A stretch of 32,000 nt of DNA from assembly GCF_009557235.1 (NCBI RefSeq), contig NZ_CP045650.1, positions 1,020,001 to 1,052,000 on the forward strand, read 5' to 3'. The DNA is from Acinetobacter wanghuae. GTDB taxonomy: Bacteria > Pseudomonadota > Gammaproteobacteria > Pseudomonadales > Moraxellaceae. The notes under the pieces were generated by a model. It saw only the letters and a program-made list of their open reading frames with translations, had not been told where the DNA came from and ran no database searches. Below, in pieces: positions 1 through 9,641 of this stretch; within the stretch, counting starts at the first letter, position 1; every line of letters starts with the position of its first letter. Made by a program: the position numbers and the translations under genes.

Positions 1-1
1 A

Positions 2-115
2 GCCGTATTTGTGTTAATTGTAGAAGGAATCTTACATTTACGTCAGCAACAGAAAAACAAGCGTGATTTACTAAAAAATGTGGATCAGTTTGAGCAACGT
101 AAGACACCGCAATAA
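2..115 (+). CDS. 3' end of an unidentified CDS (last 37 codons)
   Basis: The frame is open from the window edge: AVFVLIVEGILHLRQQQKNKRDLLKNVDQFEQRKTPQ, with stop TAA at 113..115. The fragment is too short to assign a family. Confidence 0.3.
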   Translation, partial: AVFVLIVEGILHLRQQQKNKRDLLKNVDQFEQRKTPQ

Positions 116-435
116 ATGAGTCTTAGCATCTACATCGATTAAATTAAGTGATCTGTAGATTCGTTAGGAAAACCTCACAAGCTTTGAACATGAAACGTTG
201 TTTGAATAAACAACATTTAACAAAATTTTGAAATTTGCGTGTGAAAAGTGATTTTTATTATTTTTAAATGCAAAATCATTTAGCTAATTGCAACTATTTC
301 TCAAATTTATACTGAATATACGGCAAAAAGCCGCCGTCTAAGTCAGCTTTTGATTCAAACTTGCAGCCAATTCCATTACAATTATGGGGTTTTGAAATTT
401 ATGCCTAGATTTACAACTAATTAGAGGACGTATCT

Positions 436-1893
436 GTGAGCAAAGACACTATCGTTGCCCTACATGCAGAGCACCAAGGTCGCTGGAAAAACCGCGAAGA
501 ATTAGCGGAACGTATGATTGCCCTTGTGGGTCAGTTATATCGCGAAAAAAACATCGTAGCAACAGTATACGGTCGTTCTTTAATCAACCGCTCTGTGATT
601 CAAATTCTGAAAGCACACCGTCGCGCACGCGTATTGGATGTTGAACTTTCAGTCGTGAACACTTTCCCAATTCTTGAAGCATTGGCTAAAGTTGAGAACA
701 TCGGTACAGCTGAAATTGATCTAGGCAAACTTGCTGAAGACTTTAAAGCAAAAGGCGGCGATATTGATGCATTCGTTGCGGATGCGGTTCAATCACTACA
801 AGGCAATGCAGCAACTGTAGAACATAAAGACGTTGTGCTTTATGGTTTCGGTCGTATCGGTCGTATCCTTGCGCGCTTAATGATCAGCCAATCAGGTCTA
901 GGTCGTGGTCTAAACCTTAAAGCGATTGTTGTTCGTAAATCATCTGATGGTGATTTAGAGAAACGTGCGTCTTTGTTACGTCGTGACTCTATTCACGGTC
1001 CATTTGCAGGTACGATTTCTGTAGATGAAGAAAATGAAGCAATCATCGCAAATGGTAACTTCATTAAAGTGATTTATGCATCTAATCCTTCTGAAGTAGA
1101 TTACACAGCATATGGCATTAACAACGCGCTTGTGATCGACAACACTGGTAAATGGCGTGATTCAGAAGGTCTTGCTCAACACCTTCAATGCCCAGGCGCT
1201 GCACGTGTGATTCTAACTGCACCTGGTAAAGGTGATATGAAGAACGTTGTATTTGGTGTGAACCAAGCGGACATCCTTGATGAAGACAAAATCATCTCTG
1301 CTGCAAGCTGCACAACAAACGCAATCACACCGACACTTAAAGTGTTAAACGACAAATATACTGTGATTAATGGTCACGTTGAAACTGTTCACTCGTTCAC
1401 AAACGACCAGAACTTAATCGACAACTACCATAAAGCGGATCGTCGTGGTCGTGCTGCAACATTGAACATGGTCATTACTGAAACTGGTGCTGCGAAAGCA
1501 GTTGCGAAAGCACTTCCTGCACTTCAAGGTAAATTGACAGGTAATTCTGTACGTGTACCAACACCAAACGTATCGCTTGCTATTCTAAACTTAACGTTAG
1601 ATAAAGAAGTTGATCGTGAAGAAGTGAACGAATACATTCGTCAAATTTCAATCAGCTCGAACCTTCAAGGTCAAATTGGTTATACCAACTCGACTGAAGT
1701 TGTATCATCTGACTTTATCGGTTCACGCACTGCTGGTGTATTTGATGCGCAAGCAACAATCACTTCAGGCAACCGTTTAACAGCTTATGTTTGGTACGAT
1801 AACGAAGTGGGTTATAGCTGCCAAGTATTACGTATTGCTGAACAAATGGGCGGCGTAAGCTATCCAAAAGTTCCTGCTGAAACAAATGCATAA
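436..1893 (+). CDS. gap: Glyceraldehyde-3-phosphate dehydrogenase, long form with a ~130-aa N-terminal extension (Gap-2-like)
   Basis: Rossmann motif VVLYGFGRIGR, catalytic SCTTN motif and C-terminal WYDNEVGYS motif. GTG start preceded by AGAGGA. Terminator immediately downstream. Confidence 0.9.
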   Translation: MSKDTIVALHAEHQGRWKNREELAERMIALVGQLYREKNIVATVYGRSLINRSVIQILKAHRRARVLDVELSVVNTFPILEALAKVENIGTAEIDLGKLAEDFKAKGGDIDAFVADAVQSLQGNAATVEHKDVVLYGFGRIGRILARLMISQSGLGRGLNLKAIVVRKSSDGDLEKRASLLRRDSIHGPFAGTISVDEENEAIIANGNFIKVIYASNPSEVDYTAYGINNALVIDNTGKWRDSEGLAQHLQCPGAARVILTAPGKGDMKNVVFGVNQADILDEDKIISAASCTTNAITPTLKVLNDKYTVINGHVETVHSFTNDQNLIDNYHKADRRGRAATLNMVITETGAAKAVAKALPALQGKLTGNSVRVPTPNVSLAILNLTLDKEVDREEVNEYIRQISISSNLQGQIGYTNSTEVVSSDFIGSRTAGVFDAQATITSGNRLTAYVWYDNEVGYSCQVLRIAEQMGGVSYPKVPAETNA

Positions 1894-1910
1894 TTTGTTT
1901 TAAGTAATAA

Positions 1911-1938
1911 AAAGAGCCTCATTTGAGGCTCTTTTTTT
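1911..1938 (+). terminator. Rho-independent terminator after gap
   Basis: aaagagcctc-attt-gaggctcttt followed by a T run. Confidence 0.8.
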
Positions 1939-2178
1939 ATGCAAATCTACTCTAAAATGATTGCTCAAGATTCAGATGAAAAGCATCGTTGATACGCCAA
2001 GATCAGTGGATAAGCGCAGGTTCATACGATAAAATTTGTAGTCAGTTATAAAATATGACGTAAAGATGAACAATAAAATAAGCTTGAATTAATGGGATCA
2101 AATACCTCATACAAAAAATTGCAAACTAGATCACATTTATATTGATAATAAAAGAAAGAAGAGGACAAGGATTGCCTT

Positions 2179-2892
2179 TTGAGAATTAAATACGTTGTAA
2201 GTGGTGTGCTCATCATGATTGCTGCCGCAGTCTGTGGGCTAATGATTGCGATCTGGATTTTTCAGCATTTTAAAATTCATATCCCACTGGAAAATCAAAA
2301 AGTTAAAATTGATTTGCTTGAACCGCTACAAGCACAAGTACAAATTCATGATGCCTTAGATGTAGATGTTTCTGGGCGGGTGAATACTGAAATTCCCATT
2401 AAGGAAAATCTGAATATTCCTTTAACTCAAACGTTAAATCCACGTGTCTATTTTGATAATCAAGTACCGATTAAAACTAGCATTCCCGTTCGTGAACGCT
2501 TGGTTGTGCAACAGTTCATGCCCATTGATACCAAGGTTAAGGTCAAAATTTTAGGTAAAGATGTCACGCTGCCTTTACGTGGCAATATCCCAATTAATTT
2601 AAATATTCCCCTGAATTTAGATGTGCCGCTTGAACAAAAGGTTCATTTGAAGTTTGACGCTCCCGTGAAAGCCGTCCTCAAAGAAAATCTGCATATTCCA
2701 CTCGATACCACCATCAAAACCAATATTCCCATTCAGGGTCATTTGAACGTTCCTATTAAAACAGCACTTAAAGCCACTGTGGATGTACAAAACACTTTGC
2801 CGATTAACATTAAACAGGGTCAATTGGTCATTCCGTTAAACACATTACAGCTAAAGAAAAGACAACAATCACTTGATGCTGAAGGGCAGTAG
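2179..2892 (+). CDS. Hypothetical single-pass membrane protein with periodic hydrophobic-Pro-(I/L/V) repeats
   Basis: 237-aa ORF with a TTG start 8 nt after AAGG. N-terminal TM helix (VVSGVLIMIAAAVCGLMIAIWIF). About 17 xIPL/xIPI/xVPI motifs, roughly one every 11 residues. Paralogous to the next ORF. Confidence 0.6.
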   Translation: MRIKYVVSGVLIMIAAAVCGLMIAIWIFQHFKIHIPLENQKVKIDLLEPLQAQVQIHDALDVDVSGRVNTEIPIKENLNIPLTQTLNPRVYFDNQVPIKTSIPVRERLVVQQFMPIDTKVKVKILGKDVTLPLRGNIPINLNIPLNLDVPLEQKVHLKFDAPVKAVLKENLHIPLDTTIKTNIPIQGHLNVPIKTALKATVDVQNTLPINIKQGQLVIPLNTLQLKKRQQSLDAEGQ

Positions 2893-2895
2893 CAG

Positions 2896-3576
2896 ATGCC
2901 GATGTCAAAGATGCTGTGTTATAGCTTGATCAGTTTTATGATGTTGACGGTATTGATTGCTGCATTATTTTGGCTTTATCTCAACATTCAAGCATCGATG
3001 TATGTCAGTGCACAAAATGCCTCAGTGCGCTTGTCTGATCAACTACCGACTAAGATTGCAGTTGGAAACTACTTACAAACACATGCTAAGGGTCAGCTCG
3101 ATACCATTATTGATATTGATCGTCAGATTGAACTTCCGCTGCAAGGGAAATACTTAGCCAATCTGCAATTTGTCGTTGAAGTTCCTGTTAATGTCGAGGT
3201 GGATTATCAAACCCATATTGAAGTCGATCAAGTCATGCCTTTGGAGGCGGATACCAGTTTGATTTATAAAACGAAATTTTTACCCAAGTTTCCACTCAAA
3301 CTCGATATTCCGATCAAACTGTCTGTGCCATTTCACTTAAAACGAAACTATCAAATTCCGATTCAAATTCGTTTTAATGGCCCTGTGTATATGCAATTTA
3401 ATGAGAAATTACAGCTTGATGTGAAGCATCAATTTAAACCAACCATTGAGCTAAACGATGCCATGACCATGCGTAAAATTGCAGATTTTAATGCCACACT
3501 CAAAAATATTGAACGCGATACAGAAGCCAATTTAGATATGAAGATGGACTTAGGCTTAAACCAAATCCATCCATAA
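2896..3576 (+). CDS. Hypothetical single-pass membrane protein, paralogue of 2179..2892
   Basis: 226-aa ORF starting 4 nt after the previous stop. N-terminal TM helix (LISFMMLTVLIAALFWLYL). Same ELPL/EVPV/DIPI/QIPI motif style as its neighbour. Confidence 0.65.
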   Translation: MPMSKMLCYSLISFMMLTVLIAALFWLYLNIQASMYVSAQNASVRLSDQLPTKIAVGNYLQTHAKGQLDTIIDIDRQIELPLQGKYLANLQFVVEVPVNVEVDYQTHIEVDQVMPLEADTSLIYKTKFLPKFPLKLDIPIKLSVPFHLKRNYQIPIQIRFNGPVYMQFNEKLQLDVKHQFKPTIELNDAMTMRKIADFNATLKNIERDTEANLDMKMDLGLNQIHP

Positions 3577-3598
3577 ATTTAAAATGCTTTAAATGTTG

Positions 3599-4453
3599 CT
3601 ACACCAACAATGATTGAATCGCATGACTTAAAGATGTCGTTGGACGACCCAACAATTGCTCTAAATCTCGACTTTCACTGAACATAGCACCATCGGCAGT
3701 TTTTAGGTCAACTTCCGTTAAGAAGCTTGCTAAGCCTTCGGGTAGTCCTGCTTGGATCAAAGCTGCTTGATAAGCATTGGCGCTTAAATTTTCATAACGT
3801 ACGGGTTGATTGGCAACTTGAGCGATTACCGCTGCTAACTCTGCTTTCGTAAAACTCTGTGATGCTGCAAGTTCATAGGTTTGATTTGATAGGACAGGAC
3901 TAAGTAATACCCGTACTGTGGCTTCAGCATAGTCTGAGCGTGTAGCAGCACTGATTAAACCTTCGCCTGATGCGCCATAAATAACACCCGACGCAATATC
4001 GTGTTGAAGCGAACCCAAATAATTTTCCATATACCAATTATTACGAAGGAAGGTATAACTTAAACCGCTCTCTCGAATCAGTTGCTCCGTTTCACGATGC
4101 TCCTGCGCTAAACCTAGAACTGAGTGCTCTGCATTTAGTAAGCTGGTATAAGCAATATAAGGAACGCCTGCCGCTTTTGCAGCATCAATCACGGCTTTAT
4201 GTTGTGGTGTACGACGACCAATTTCGTTTCCAGAAATAAGCAGTAATTTATCAATACCTTCGAGAGCTGGCTCAAGTGTCTCGATGTGATCATAATCGAA
4301 ATGGCGAACTTCAATGCCTTGAGCTTTAAATGATGCTGCTTTTTCAGGATGACGAACTAAAGCCACAATATCGTGTTCATTAGACAATGAGACTAAGTGT
4401 TGAATCACGCGTTGACCGAGTTGTCCAGTCGCGCCTGTAATTGCAATTTTCAT
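3599..4453 (-). CDS. qorB: NmrA/SDR-family NAD(P)H:quinone oxidoreductase (QorB/YtfG-like)
   Basis: N-terminal MKIAITGATGQLG Rossmann motif and full-length resemblance to E. coli QorB as I remember it. Divergent from an HxlR-type regulator, as ytfG-ytfH are in E. coli. Confidence 0.85.
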   Translation of the reverse strand: MKIAITGATGQLGQRVIQHLVSLSNEHDIVALVRHPEKAASFKAQGIEVRHFDYDHIETLEPALEGIDKLLLISGNEIGRRTPQHKAVIDAAKAAGVPYIAYTSLLNAEHSVLGLAQEHRETEQLIRESGLSYTFLRNNWYMENYLGSLQHDIASGVIYGASGEGLISAATRSDYAEATVRVLLSPVLSNQTYELAASQSFTKAELAAVIAQVANQPVRYENLSANAYQAALIQAGLPEGLASFLTEVDLKTADGAMFSESRDLEQLLGRPTTSLSHAIQSLLV

Positions 4454-4511
4454 CGTTGAACCCTCTCTTTTTAGATTAAAAAATAGACTTGATGAATAAA
4501 TCTTAATCTGA

Positions 4512-4548
4512 TAACTTACTAAATGTAAGTACGTACCAAAAAGTAAGC
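4512..4548. promoter_or_regulatory. Candidate operator in the qorB/HxlR divergent promoter region
   Basis: Inverted repeat ACTTAC-5nt-GTAAGT (4514..4530) overlaps the palindrome GTACGTAC (4529..4536). A third GTAAG lies at 4543..4547. Confidence 0.3.
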
Positions 4549-4572
4549 TTATTACCCAAAGGAAAGATTTTT

Positions 4573-4944
4573 ATGTCTGCTTATGAAAACAGTAAATTAT
4601 TAGGGCAAGTTTTATCGGCGAATTGTCCGTCGCGGGAAATTTTGGAACATCTGACGAATAAATGGTCGGTGTTAGTATTACGCTGCTTGAATGAAGGTGT
4701 GCATCGTTTTAGTGAACTCAAAAAACGCATTGAAGGTATCAGTGAAAAAATGCTCGCGCAAACTTTAAAAATGCTAGAGCAGGACGGTTTTATTTTAAGA
4801 ACGGTGTATCCCGTTGTGCCGCCCAAAGTTGAGTATCAATTGACGCTGACAGGTTCACAAGCGGCGGATAAAGTGATTCAAATGGTCAATTGGATTGAGC
4901 GTGGTTTGCCTGAGATTTTGGAAGCGAAGTCGACCATCGCTTAA
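4573..4944 (+). CDS. ytfH: HxlR-family winged-helix transcriptional regulator (YtfH-like)
   Basis: 123 aa containing the typical HxlR core (CPSREILEHLTNKWSVLVLRCL...RFSELKKRIEGISEKMLAQTLKMLEQDGFILRTVYPVVPPKVEYQLT). Divergent from qorB. Confidence 0.85.
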   Translation: MSAYENSKLLGQVLSANCPSREILEHLTNKWSVLVLRCLNEGVHRFSELKKRIEGISEKMLAQTLKMLEQDGFILRTVYPVVPPKVEYQLTLTGSQAADKVIQMVNWIERGLPEILEAKSTIA

Positions 4945-4978
4945 TTTGTTTCTAAATTGCTTTTGGGGAAGCAATGTG

Positions 4979-5569
4979 ATGAAAAAATCTGAAAATTTGG
5001 TTGCTACATTGTTAGTCATCTACGGGATTTTATGTGCGATTAGTATCGCACTCTATGCACTGATTCAGTTATTTGTCGATGATAAGCCTACTGCAACAAA
5101 TCTTTTACTTTGGTCAGCAACCATATTTGCGCCAATAGCTGTACTCATGACGTATACAAGTTGGAAGGAACAAAAAAGAGAAGAAGAAGTAGCCAACTTA
5201 GCACGTAAACTTCATATTGATCTAACTAAAATAAGTTCTTTTGTAGTAGACATAGCTCAATCGCAAAATCCTAAATCCCGAACTACACTCATCCAAAAGG
5301 ATGGAGCAAAGTATTTGCTTAAAAACTTTTCCTCTATAATTTCAATACATATGGGTGATTTAGGAAGAGTAAAAGAATATTGTAATGATGAATATTCTAA
5401 GGTCATCGACACTTTCTTATTAGAAACAGAGAAGGTGCATCAATATATTGTCTACAGTGCTTGGGAGTTGAGAAAAGTAGATTATCAAGGTGTAGATCTA
5501 TCTGATTATCACAATAATTTTAGAAGAATGTGTGATTGTCTATTTGAGATATCGAATTACAGAAATTAA
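4979..5569 (+). CDS. Hypothetical 2-TM protein, AT-rich orphan
   Basis: ATG at 4979 lies 9 nt after GGGGA. The longer ORF-track start at 4895 would overlap the HxlR gene. Two N-terminal hydrophobic helices are followed by a ~130-aa helical soluble part. I recognise no family. Confidence 0.55.
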   Translation: MKKSENLVATLLVIYGILCAISIALYALIQLFVDDKPTATNLLLWSATIFAPIAVLMTYTSWKEQKREEEVANLARKLHIDLTKISSFVVDIAQSQNPKSRTTLIQKDGAKYLLKNFSSIISIHMGDLGRVKEYCNDEYSKVIDTFLLETEKVHQYIVYSAWELRKVDYQGVDLSDYHNNFRRMCDCLFEISNYRN

Positions 5570-5746
5570 TGTCTTTAATTTACTCATTTGTATCATTCAA
5601 ACAGAATAATGCGAAGAATTTTATCTAAGTGAACCAAATTCTTGTAAAGATGAGCCATCTTCATGGAATAGTCCATAAATATAGTCGAGAAATTTAGTAA
5701 AATGTGGCAGAATATGCGGTTTTAAAGTTTTTAGAGGATTGGCATT

Positions 5747-6961
5747 ATGCGCTTTGTTGATGAAGCAGTCATTACCGTAGAGGCTGGCGACGGTGGCAAT
5801 GGCGTAGCCAGTTTTCGCCGTGAAAAATTCGTACCATTTGGTGGTCCAGATGGTGGTGATGGTGGCCGTGGCGGTAGCATTTATGTTGAAGCAAACGACG
5901 ACACCAGTACGCTAGTTGATTATCGTTTTACACGTCGTTATCGTGCAGAACGAGCAAAAAATGGCCGTGGCGCGAACTGCGCAGGTCGTGGCGGTGAAGA
6001 CACTATTTTACTCGTTCCAGTGGGAACGACGATTGTTGACGTTGAATCAGGCGATATTATCGGTGATTTAGTCGAAGACGGCCAACGTGTGCTTGTGGCA
6101 AAAGGCGGTGATGGTGGTTTGGGTAATACTCATTTCAAATCATCGACCAACCGTTCACCACGTAAATGTACACACGGTCAAAAAGGTGAATTCCGCGAAG
6201 TACGTTTAGAACTTAAAGTACTTGCAGATGTCGGTTTGTTGGGTATGCCAAATGCGGGTAAATCTACCTTCATTCGTGCCGTTTCAGCAGCGAAACCAAA
6301 AGTGGCAGATTATCCATTTACGACCATGGTACCTAACCTTGGTGTTGTCGATGCCGATCGTTATCGTTCATTCGTTATGGCCGATATTCCGGGTCTGATC
6401 GAAGGTGCGTCGGAAGGTGCAGGCTTAGGTATTCGCTTCTTAAAACATTTGGCACGTACACGTATTTTATTGCATATCGTTGACGTTCAACCGATTGATG
6501 GTTCAGATCCTGTTTACAACGCAAAAGCAATCTTGAAAGAGTTAGAAAAATTCTCCCCAACACTTTCAAAATTACAAGTTGTCCTCGTGCTGAACAAAGT
6601 CGATCAATTGGCAGAAGAAACACGCGAAGAATGGTGTAACCATATTATTGAAGAATTACAGTGGGAAGGTCCCGTCTTCAAAACTTCAGGCTTAACGGCT
6701 GAAGGCACAAAAGACGTGGTTTACTACTTGATGGATCAAATTGATGAGCAGCGCGAGCGCGAAACAGAAGATCCAGAATATGCTGCAGAAATGAAAGCAT
6801 TCCGTGATCAGCTTGAAGCTGAAACACGTGAACAAACCATCGCTGCAAAAGAAGCGTATCGTGAGATGCGTCGTCAACAACGTCTTGCCGGTATTTTGGG
6901 CGACGACGAAGATGATGAAGATGGCGATGACGGTGATGTGGAAGTGTACTACGTACGCTAA
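5747..6961 (+). CDS. obg: GTPase Obg/CgtA
   Basis: [19 protein letters not shown] Obg fold, G1 motif [10 protein letters not shown]3 motif [10 protein letters not shown]4 motif NKVD and an acidic C-terminal tail. Confidence 0.95.
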   Translation: MRFVDEAVITVEAGDGGNGVASFRREKFVPFGGPDGGDGGRGGSIYVEANDDTSTLVDYRFTRRYRAERAKNGRGANCAGRGGEDTILLVPVGTTIVDVESGDIIGDLVEDGQRVLVAKGGDGGLGNTHFKSSTNRSPRKCTHGQKGEFREVRLELKVLADVGLLGMPNAGKSTFIRAVSAAKPKVADYPFTTMVPNLGVVDADRYRSFVMADIPGLIEGASEGAGLGIRFLKHLARTRILLHIVDVQPIDGSDPVYNAKAILKELEKFSPTLSKLQVVLVLNKVDQLAEETREEWCNHIIEELQWEGPVFKTSGLTAEGTKDVVYYLMDQIDEQRERETEDPEYAAEMKAFRDQLEAETREQTIAAKEAYREMRRQQRLAGILGDDEDDEDGDDGDVEVYYVR

Positions 6962-6987
6962 TCTCTGAATAAGAGTCTGAGGACAAA

Positions 6988-8121
6988 ATGGTAGAAGTGG
7001 TGGATGAGCTACGTCAGCTCAAGGGTTTTAAACGAATTGTCGTTAAAATCGGATCTTCTTTACTCACAGCAAACGGGCAAGGTTTAGATATTGCAGCAAT
7101 CACGCATTGGGCGGGACAAATTGCAGATCTACACAATGCCGGACACGAAATTATTTTGGTGTCATCGGGTGCTGTCGCAGAAGGAATGGTTCGCATGAAG
7201 CTACAAGAACGACCCACCGATCTACCCAGTCTTCAAGCCTGTGCTGCCATTGGTCAAATGGGTTTAATTCAAACGTGGTCGAGTGTATTGGAAAATCAAT
7301 CCATTCAAACTGCGCAAGTCTTACTGACCCATGACGACTTGGCGGATCGTCGTCGTTATCTCAACTCATGTGATGCTTTACAGCATTTGATTGAGTGGCG
7401 TGTGATTCCTGTTATCAATGAAAATGACACAGTATCCACCGACGAAATTCGCTTCGGTGATAATGATACGTTGGCTGCAATGGTGGCAGGTCAGGTACAC
7501 GCAGATCTCTTGATTATCCTTACCGATCAAGAAGGTATGTTTGACTCTGACCCACGTTCAAACCCTAATGCCAAACTGTTCCATACCGTACGTGCCATGG
7601 ATGAAAGTCTATTTGATATGGCAGGCGGTGGTGGCAAGTTTGGTCGTGGCGGTATGCTGACCAAAGTACGTGCTGCACGTTTAGCTGCGAAATCGGGTTG
7701 TCCGACCTTAATTGCCAGCGGTGATAGTGATAATGTGTTATCACGCCTCATGTCAGGCGAGTTATTGGGCACAATGTTTGTGACCGATAAAGACCGTATG
7801 ACTGCACATCAACAATGGCTTGCTGCGCACTTGCAAACTGCAGGACGTTTAGTGATTGATGATGGTGCGGTGAAGGCAATTAAAGAAAACCATCGTAGCT
7901 TATTGCCTGTAGGGGTTAAAGCAGTCGAAGGTCACTTTGAGCGTGGTGATGTGGTTGAATGTGTCGATACCCAAGGTCATCGTATTGCGGTCGGTCGTGT
8001 CAACTTTAGTTCACGTTCTGCGGATATTGTTCGCGGTTTGGCGTCAGACAAAGTTCATCAGGTTTTAGGTGAAGCACGTTCACTTGAGATGATCCATCGA
8101 AATCATATGGCAATTTATTGA
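6988..8121 (+). CDS. proB: Glutamate 5-kinase
   Basis: [12 protein letters not shown] amino-acid kinase N-terminus, FGDNDTLAA motif and a C-terminal PUA domain (377 aa). Confidence 0.95.
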   Translation: MVEVVDELRQLKGFKRIVVKIGSSLLTANGQGLDIAAITHWAGQIADLHNAGHEIILVSSGAVAEGMVRMKLQERPTDLPSLQACAAIGQMGLIQTWSSVLENQSIQTAQVLLTHDDLADRRRYLNSCDALQHLIEWRVIPVINENDTVSTDEIRFGDNDTLAAMVAGQVHADLLIILTDQEGMFDSDPRSNPNAKLFHTVRAMDESLFDMAGGGGKFGRGGMLTKVRAARLAAKSGCPTLIASGDSDNVLSRLMSGELLGTMFVTDKDRMTAHQQWLAAHLQTAGRLVIDDGAVKAIKENHRSLLPVGVKAVEGHFERGDVVECVDTQGHRIAVGRVNFSSRSADIVRGLASDKVHQVLGEARSLEMIHRNHMAIY

Positions 8122-8135
8122 TTTTGCCTCTGCAT

Positions 8136-8167
8136 AAAAAATCCCGCTTTCGAGCGGGATTTTTTTA
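8136..8167. terminator. Bidirectional rho-independent terminator between convergent proB and the PAP2 gene
   Basis: Stem atcccgct-ttcg-agcgggat flanked by an A5 run and a T7 run. Confidence 0.8.
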
Positions 8168-8180
8168 TTCTAGTTTATAT

Positions 8181-8777
8181 TTACCGAATCCATTCTTTAC
8201 GAATAAAAATGCCAAAGATTTTCTGATGAATCCATAAAATCCCATCCATCAATTTATCTGAATATTTCCACCACAAAGGTAAGCCTGTCAAATTGATTAT
8301 CAAGGCAATGAAAAATGCCCCAAGCATATCAATCGGGAAGTGCACACCGACATAAACCCGAGACCATGCCACCAGCCAGGCGACACACAGTAAAATTCGC
8401 CCTAAATCACGTTTAACTGAGAAGTAATACGCGAATGCAATACCACTAAAAATACTCATATGATTGCTTGGGAAAGATCCCGTTGCATCATGCTCAATGA
8501 GCGTCTGACCAACGTGCATCACGAAAGGACGCGGTGTATGTAAAACAGCAGATAAAACTTCACTGATTAAAAGTGTGATTGCCGTAAAAATAAAAGCTTT
8601 AACAATGCCTGTTTTTGTTTCTCGATTGCCCATAAACCATGCGATTGCAAACACAATCAGCATCACGTAAACCAGATCATGCGCAATAAACATCGCATAG
8701 TGCATCATCATTGAAGAAGCGTGTTCAGGGACATTCAGTGTTTGAAATAAGTCTAAGTTAAGTTGTTGGATTGACAT
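8181..8777 (-). CDS. ybjG: PAP2-family undecaprenyl-diphosphate phosphatase (YbjG-like)
   Basis: PAP2 motifs PSNH and SRVYVGVHFPIDM in a multi-TM protein. The start MSIQQLNLDLF aligns with the YbjG N-terminus as I remember it. The ORF-track start at 8795 is 6 codons upstream. Confidence 0.8.
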   Translation of the reverse strand: MSIQQLNLDLFQTLNVPEHASSMMMHYAMFIAHDLVYVMLIVFAIAWFMGNRETKTGIVKAFIFTAITLLISEVLSAVLHTPRPFVMHVGQTLIEHDATGSFPSNHMSIFSGIAFAYYFSVKRDLGRILLCVAWLVAWSRVYVGVHFPIDMLGAFFIALIINLTGLPLWWKYSDKLMDGILWIHQKIFGIFIRKEWIR

Positions 8778-8890
8778 GGAAGACTGGCATTGCACAAAAG
8801 ACGGCTTACTTTAATCAGATGCAGACTGAATTTATACACTCCATTGCACGAATTTGTAGCAATGATGTTTGAATTGAAATGTCACTTGAT

Positions 8891-8918
8891 AAAAAACCAC
8901 CATCAAGGTGGTTTTTTA
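8891..8918. terminator. Rho-independent terminator downstream of the SIMPL gene
   Basis: Stem accacc-atcaa-ggtggt flanked by A6 and T5 runs. It works on the minus strand for 8937..9641. Confidence 0.75.
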
Positions 8919-8936
8919 TTCAATTATTCAACTGTT

Positions 8937-9641
8937 TTATTTCAATTGAATTGAGCCGTTTGCACTAATCGTCATTTGTGATTCGCCCGCAGCCACATTT
9001 TGCTCAGTGACTGCCATATCATTTGATGCTGCTTTCATCATACTCATACGGGGTACAGGCTGATGGCTATAGCTGTTGGTATTCATATTTAAGCTGACCA
9101 ACTGATAACCTGATTTATGCCATGCTTGTGCCAAGCTTTGAGCACGTTGTTGGAAATTTTTAGAGGCTTCAATCATCAATTCATTTTCGACTTTTTTACG
9201 CTGTTCATCTGAAACAGTGAAGTTAATTGACTCAGTTTGGAAGTTTTGTTGCAGCTCAGCAATCAGTTGAGACGTGGCTTTAAAATCTTTTGATTCAATA
9301 CGAACCTGTGCACGACCACGCCATTCTTTGAGTTTTCGGTTGTCATTGTCATAAATTGGATAAGTACTTTGTGAACCCGTTTCAATTTTGACAGATGGAT
9401 ATTTTTTAGCAGCAGCCACGGCCGAATTCATTAATTGATTTATGTCAGTCGCAAGTTGTGCAGGTTGTTTATTCGATTTTTCAATATACAAAGTCGCATG
9501 CATTTCATCATTGGAAATTTCACGATTTGCTTCAGCCGTTAAGTTAATAATATTGTAATTCAGCGGTTCAGTGGGTGCGGCAAAACTGAGTGTAGAAAGT
9601 GCAGCAGCAATGAGCGCTGTCGAAATTGGCAAAAGACGCAT
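8937..9641 (-). CDS. SIMPL-domain (DUF541, YggE-like) periplasmic protein
   Basis: Signal peptide MRLLPISTALIAAALSTLSFA. The 234-aa length and architecture resemble YggE/SIMPL proteins. Confidence 0.75.
   Translation of the reverse strand: MRLLPISTALIAAALSTLSFAAPTEPLNYNIINLTAEANREISNDEMHATLYIEKSNKQPAQLATDINQLMNSAVAAAKKYPSVKIETGSQSTYPIYDNDNRKLKEWRGRAQVRIESKDFKATSQLIAELQQNFQTESINFTVSDEQRKKVENELMIEASKNFQQRAQSLAQAWHKSGYQLVSLNMNTNSYSHQPVPRMSMMKAASNDMAVTEQNVAAGESQMTISANGSIQLK

Noticed and set aside
197-214. Small hairpin gttgttt-gaat-aaacaac about 80 nt after the first partial CDS.
   Set aside because: It has only a 7-bp AT-rich stem and no convincing U tract, so it cannot be distinguished from chance in AT-rich intergenic DNA.
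2617-2823. Antisense or alternative-frame ORFs of 60-130 aa nested inside well-supported genes. Examples are 2617..2823(-), 4581..4826(-), 6375..6986(-), 7014..7772, 10351..11411, 11975..12358(-), 14993..16839, 17534..17776(-), 20173..20648(-), 21964..22798(-), 25306..26224, 27220..28206 and 28378..28819.
   Set aside because: Each lies wholly within a longer ORF that has clear family motifs. None has an RBS or recognisable motifs, and their low-complexity translations are typical of shadow frames.
4895-4978. Upstream extension of the 2-TM orphan ORF (ORF-track start at 4895).
   Set aside because: It would overlap the HxlR gene by 50 nt and encodes a Cys/Trp/Arg-rich stretch. ATG 4979 has a GGGGA Shine-Dalgarno sequence at proper spacing.
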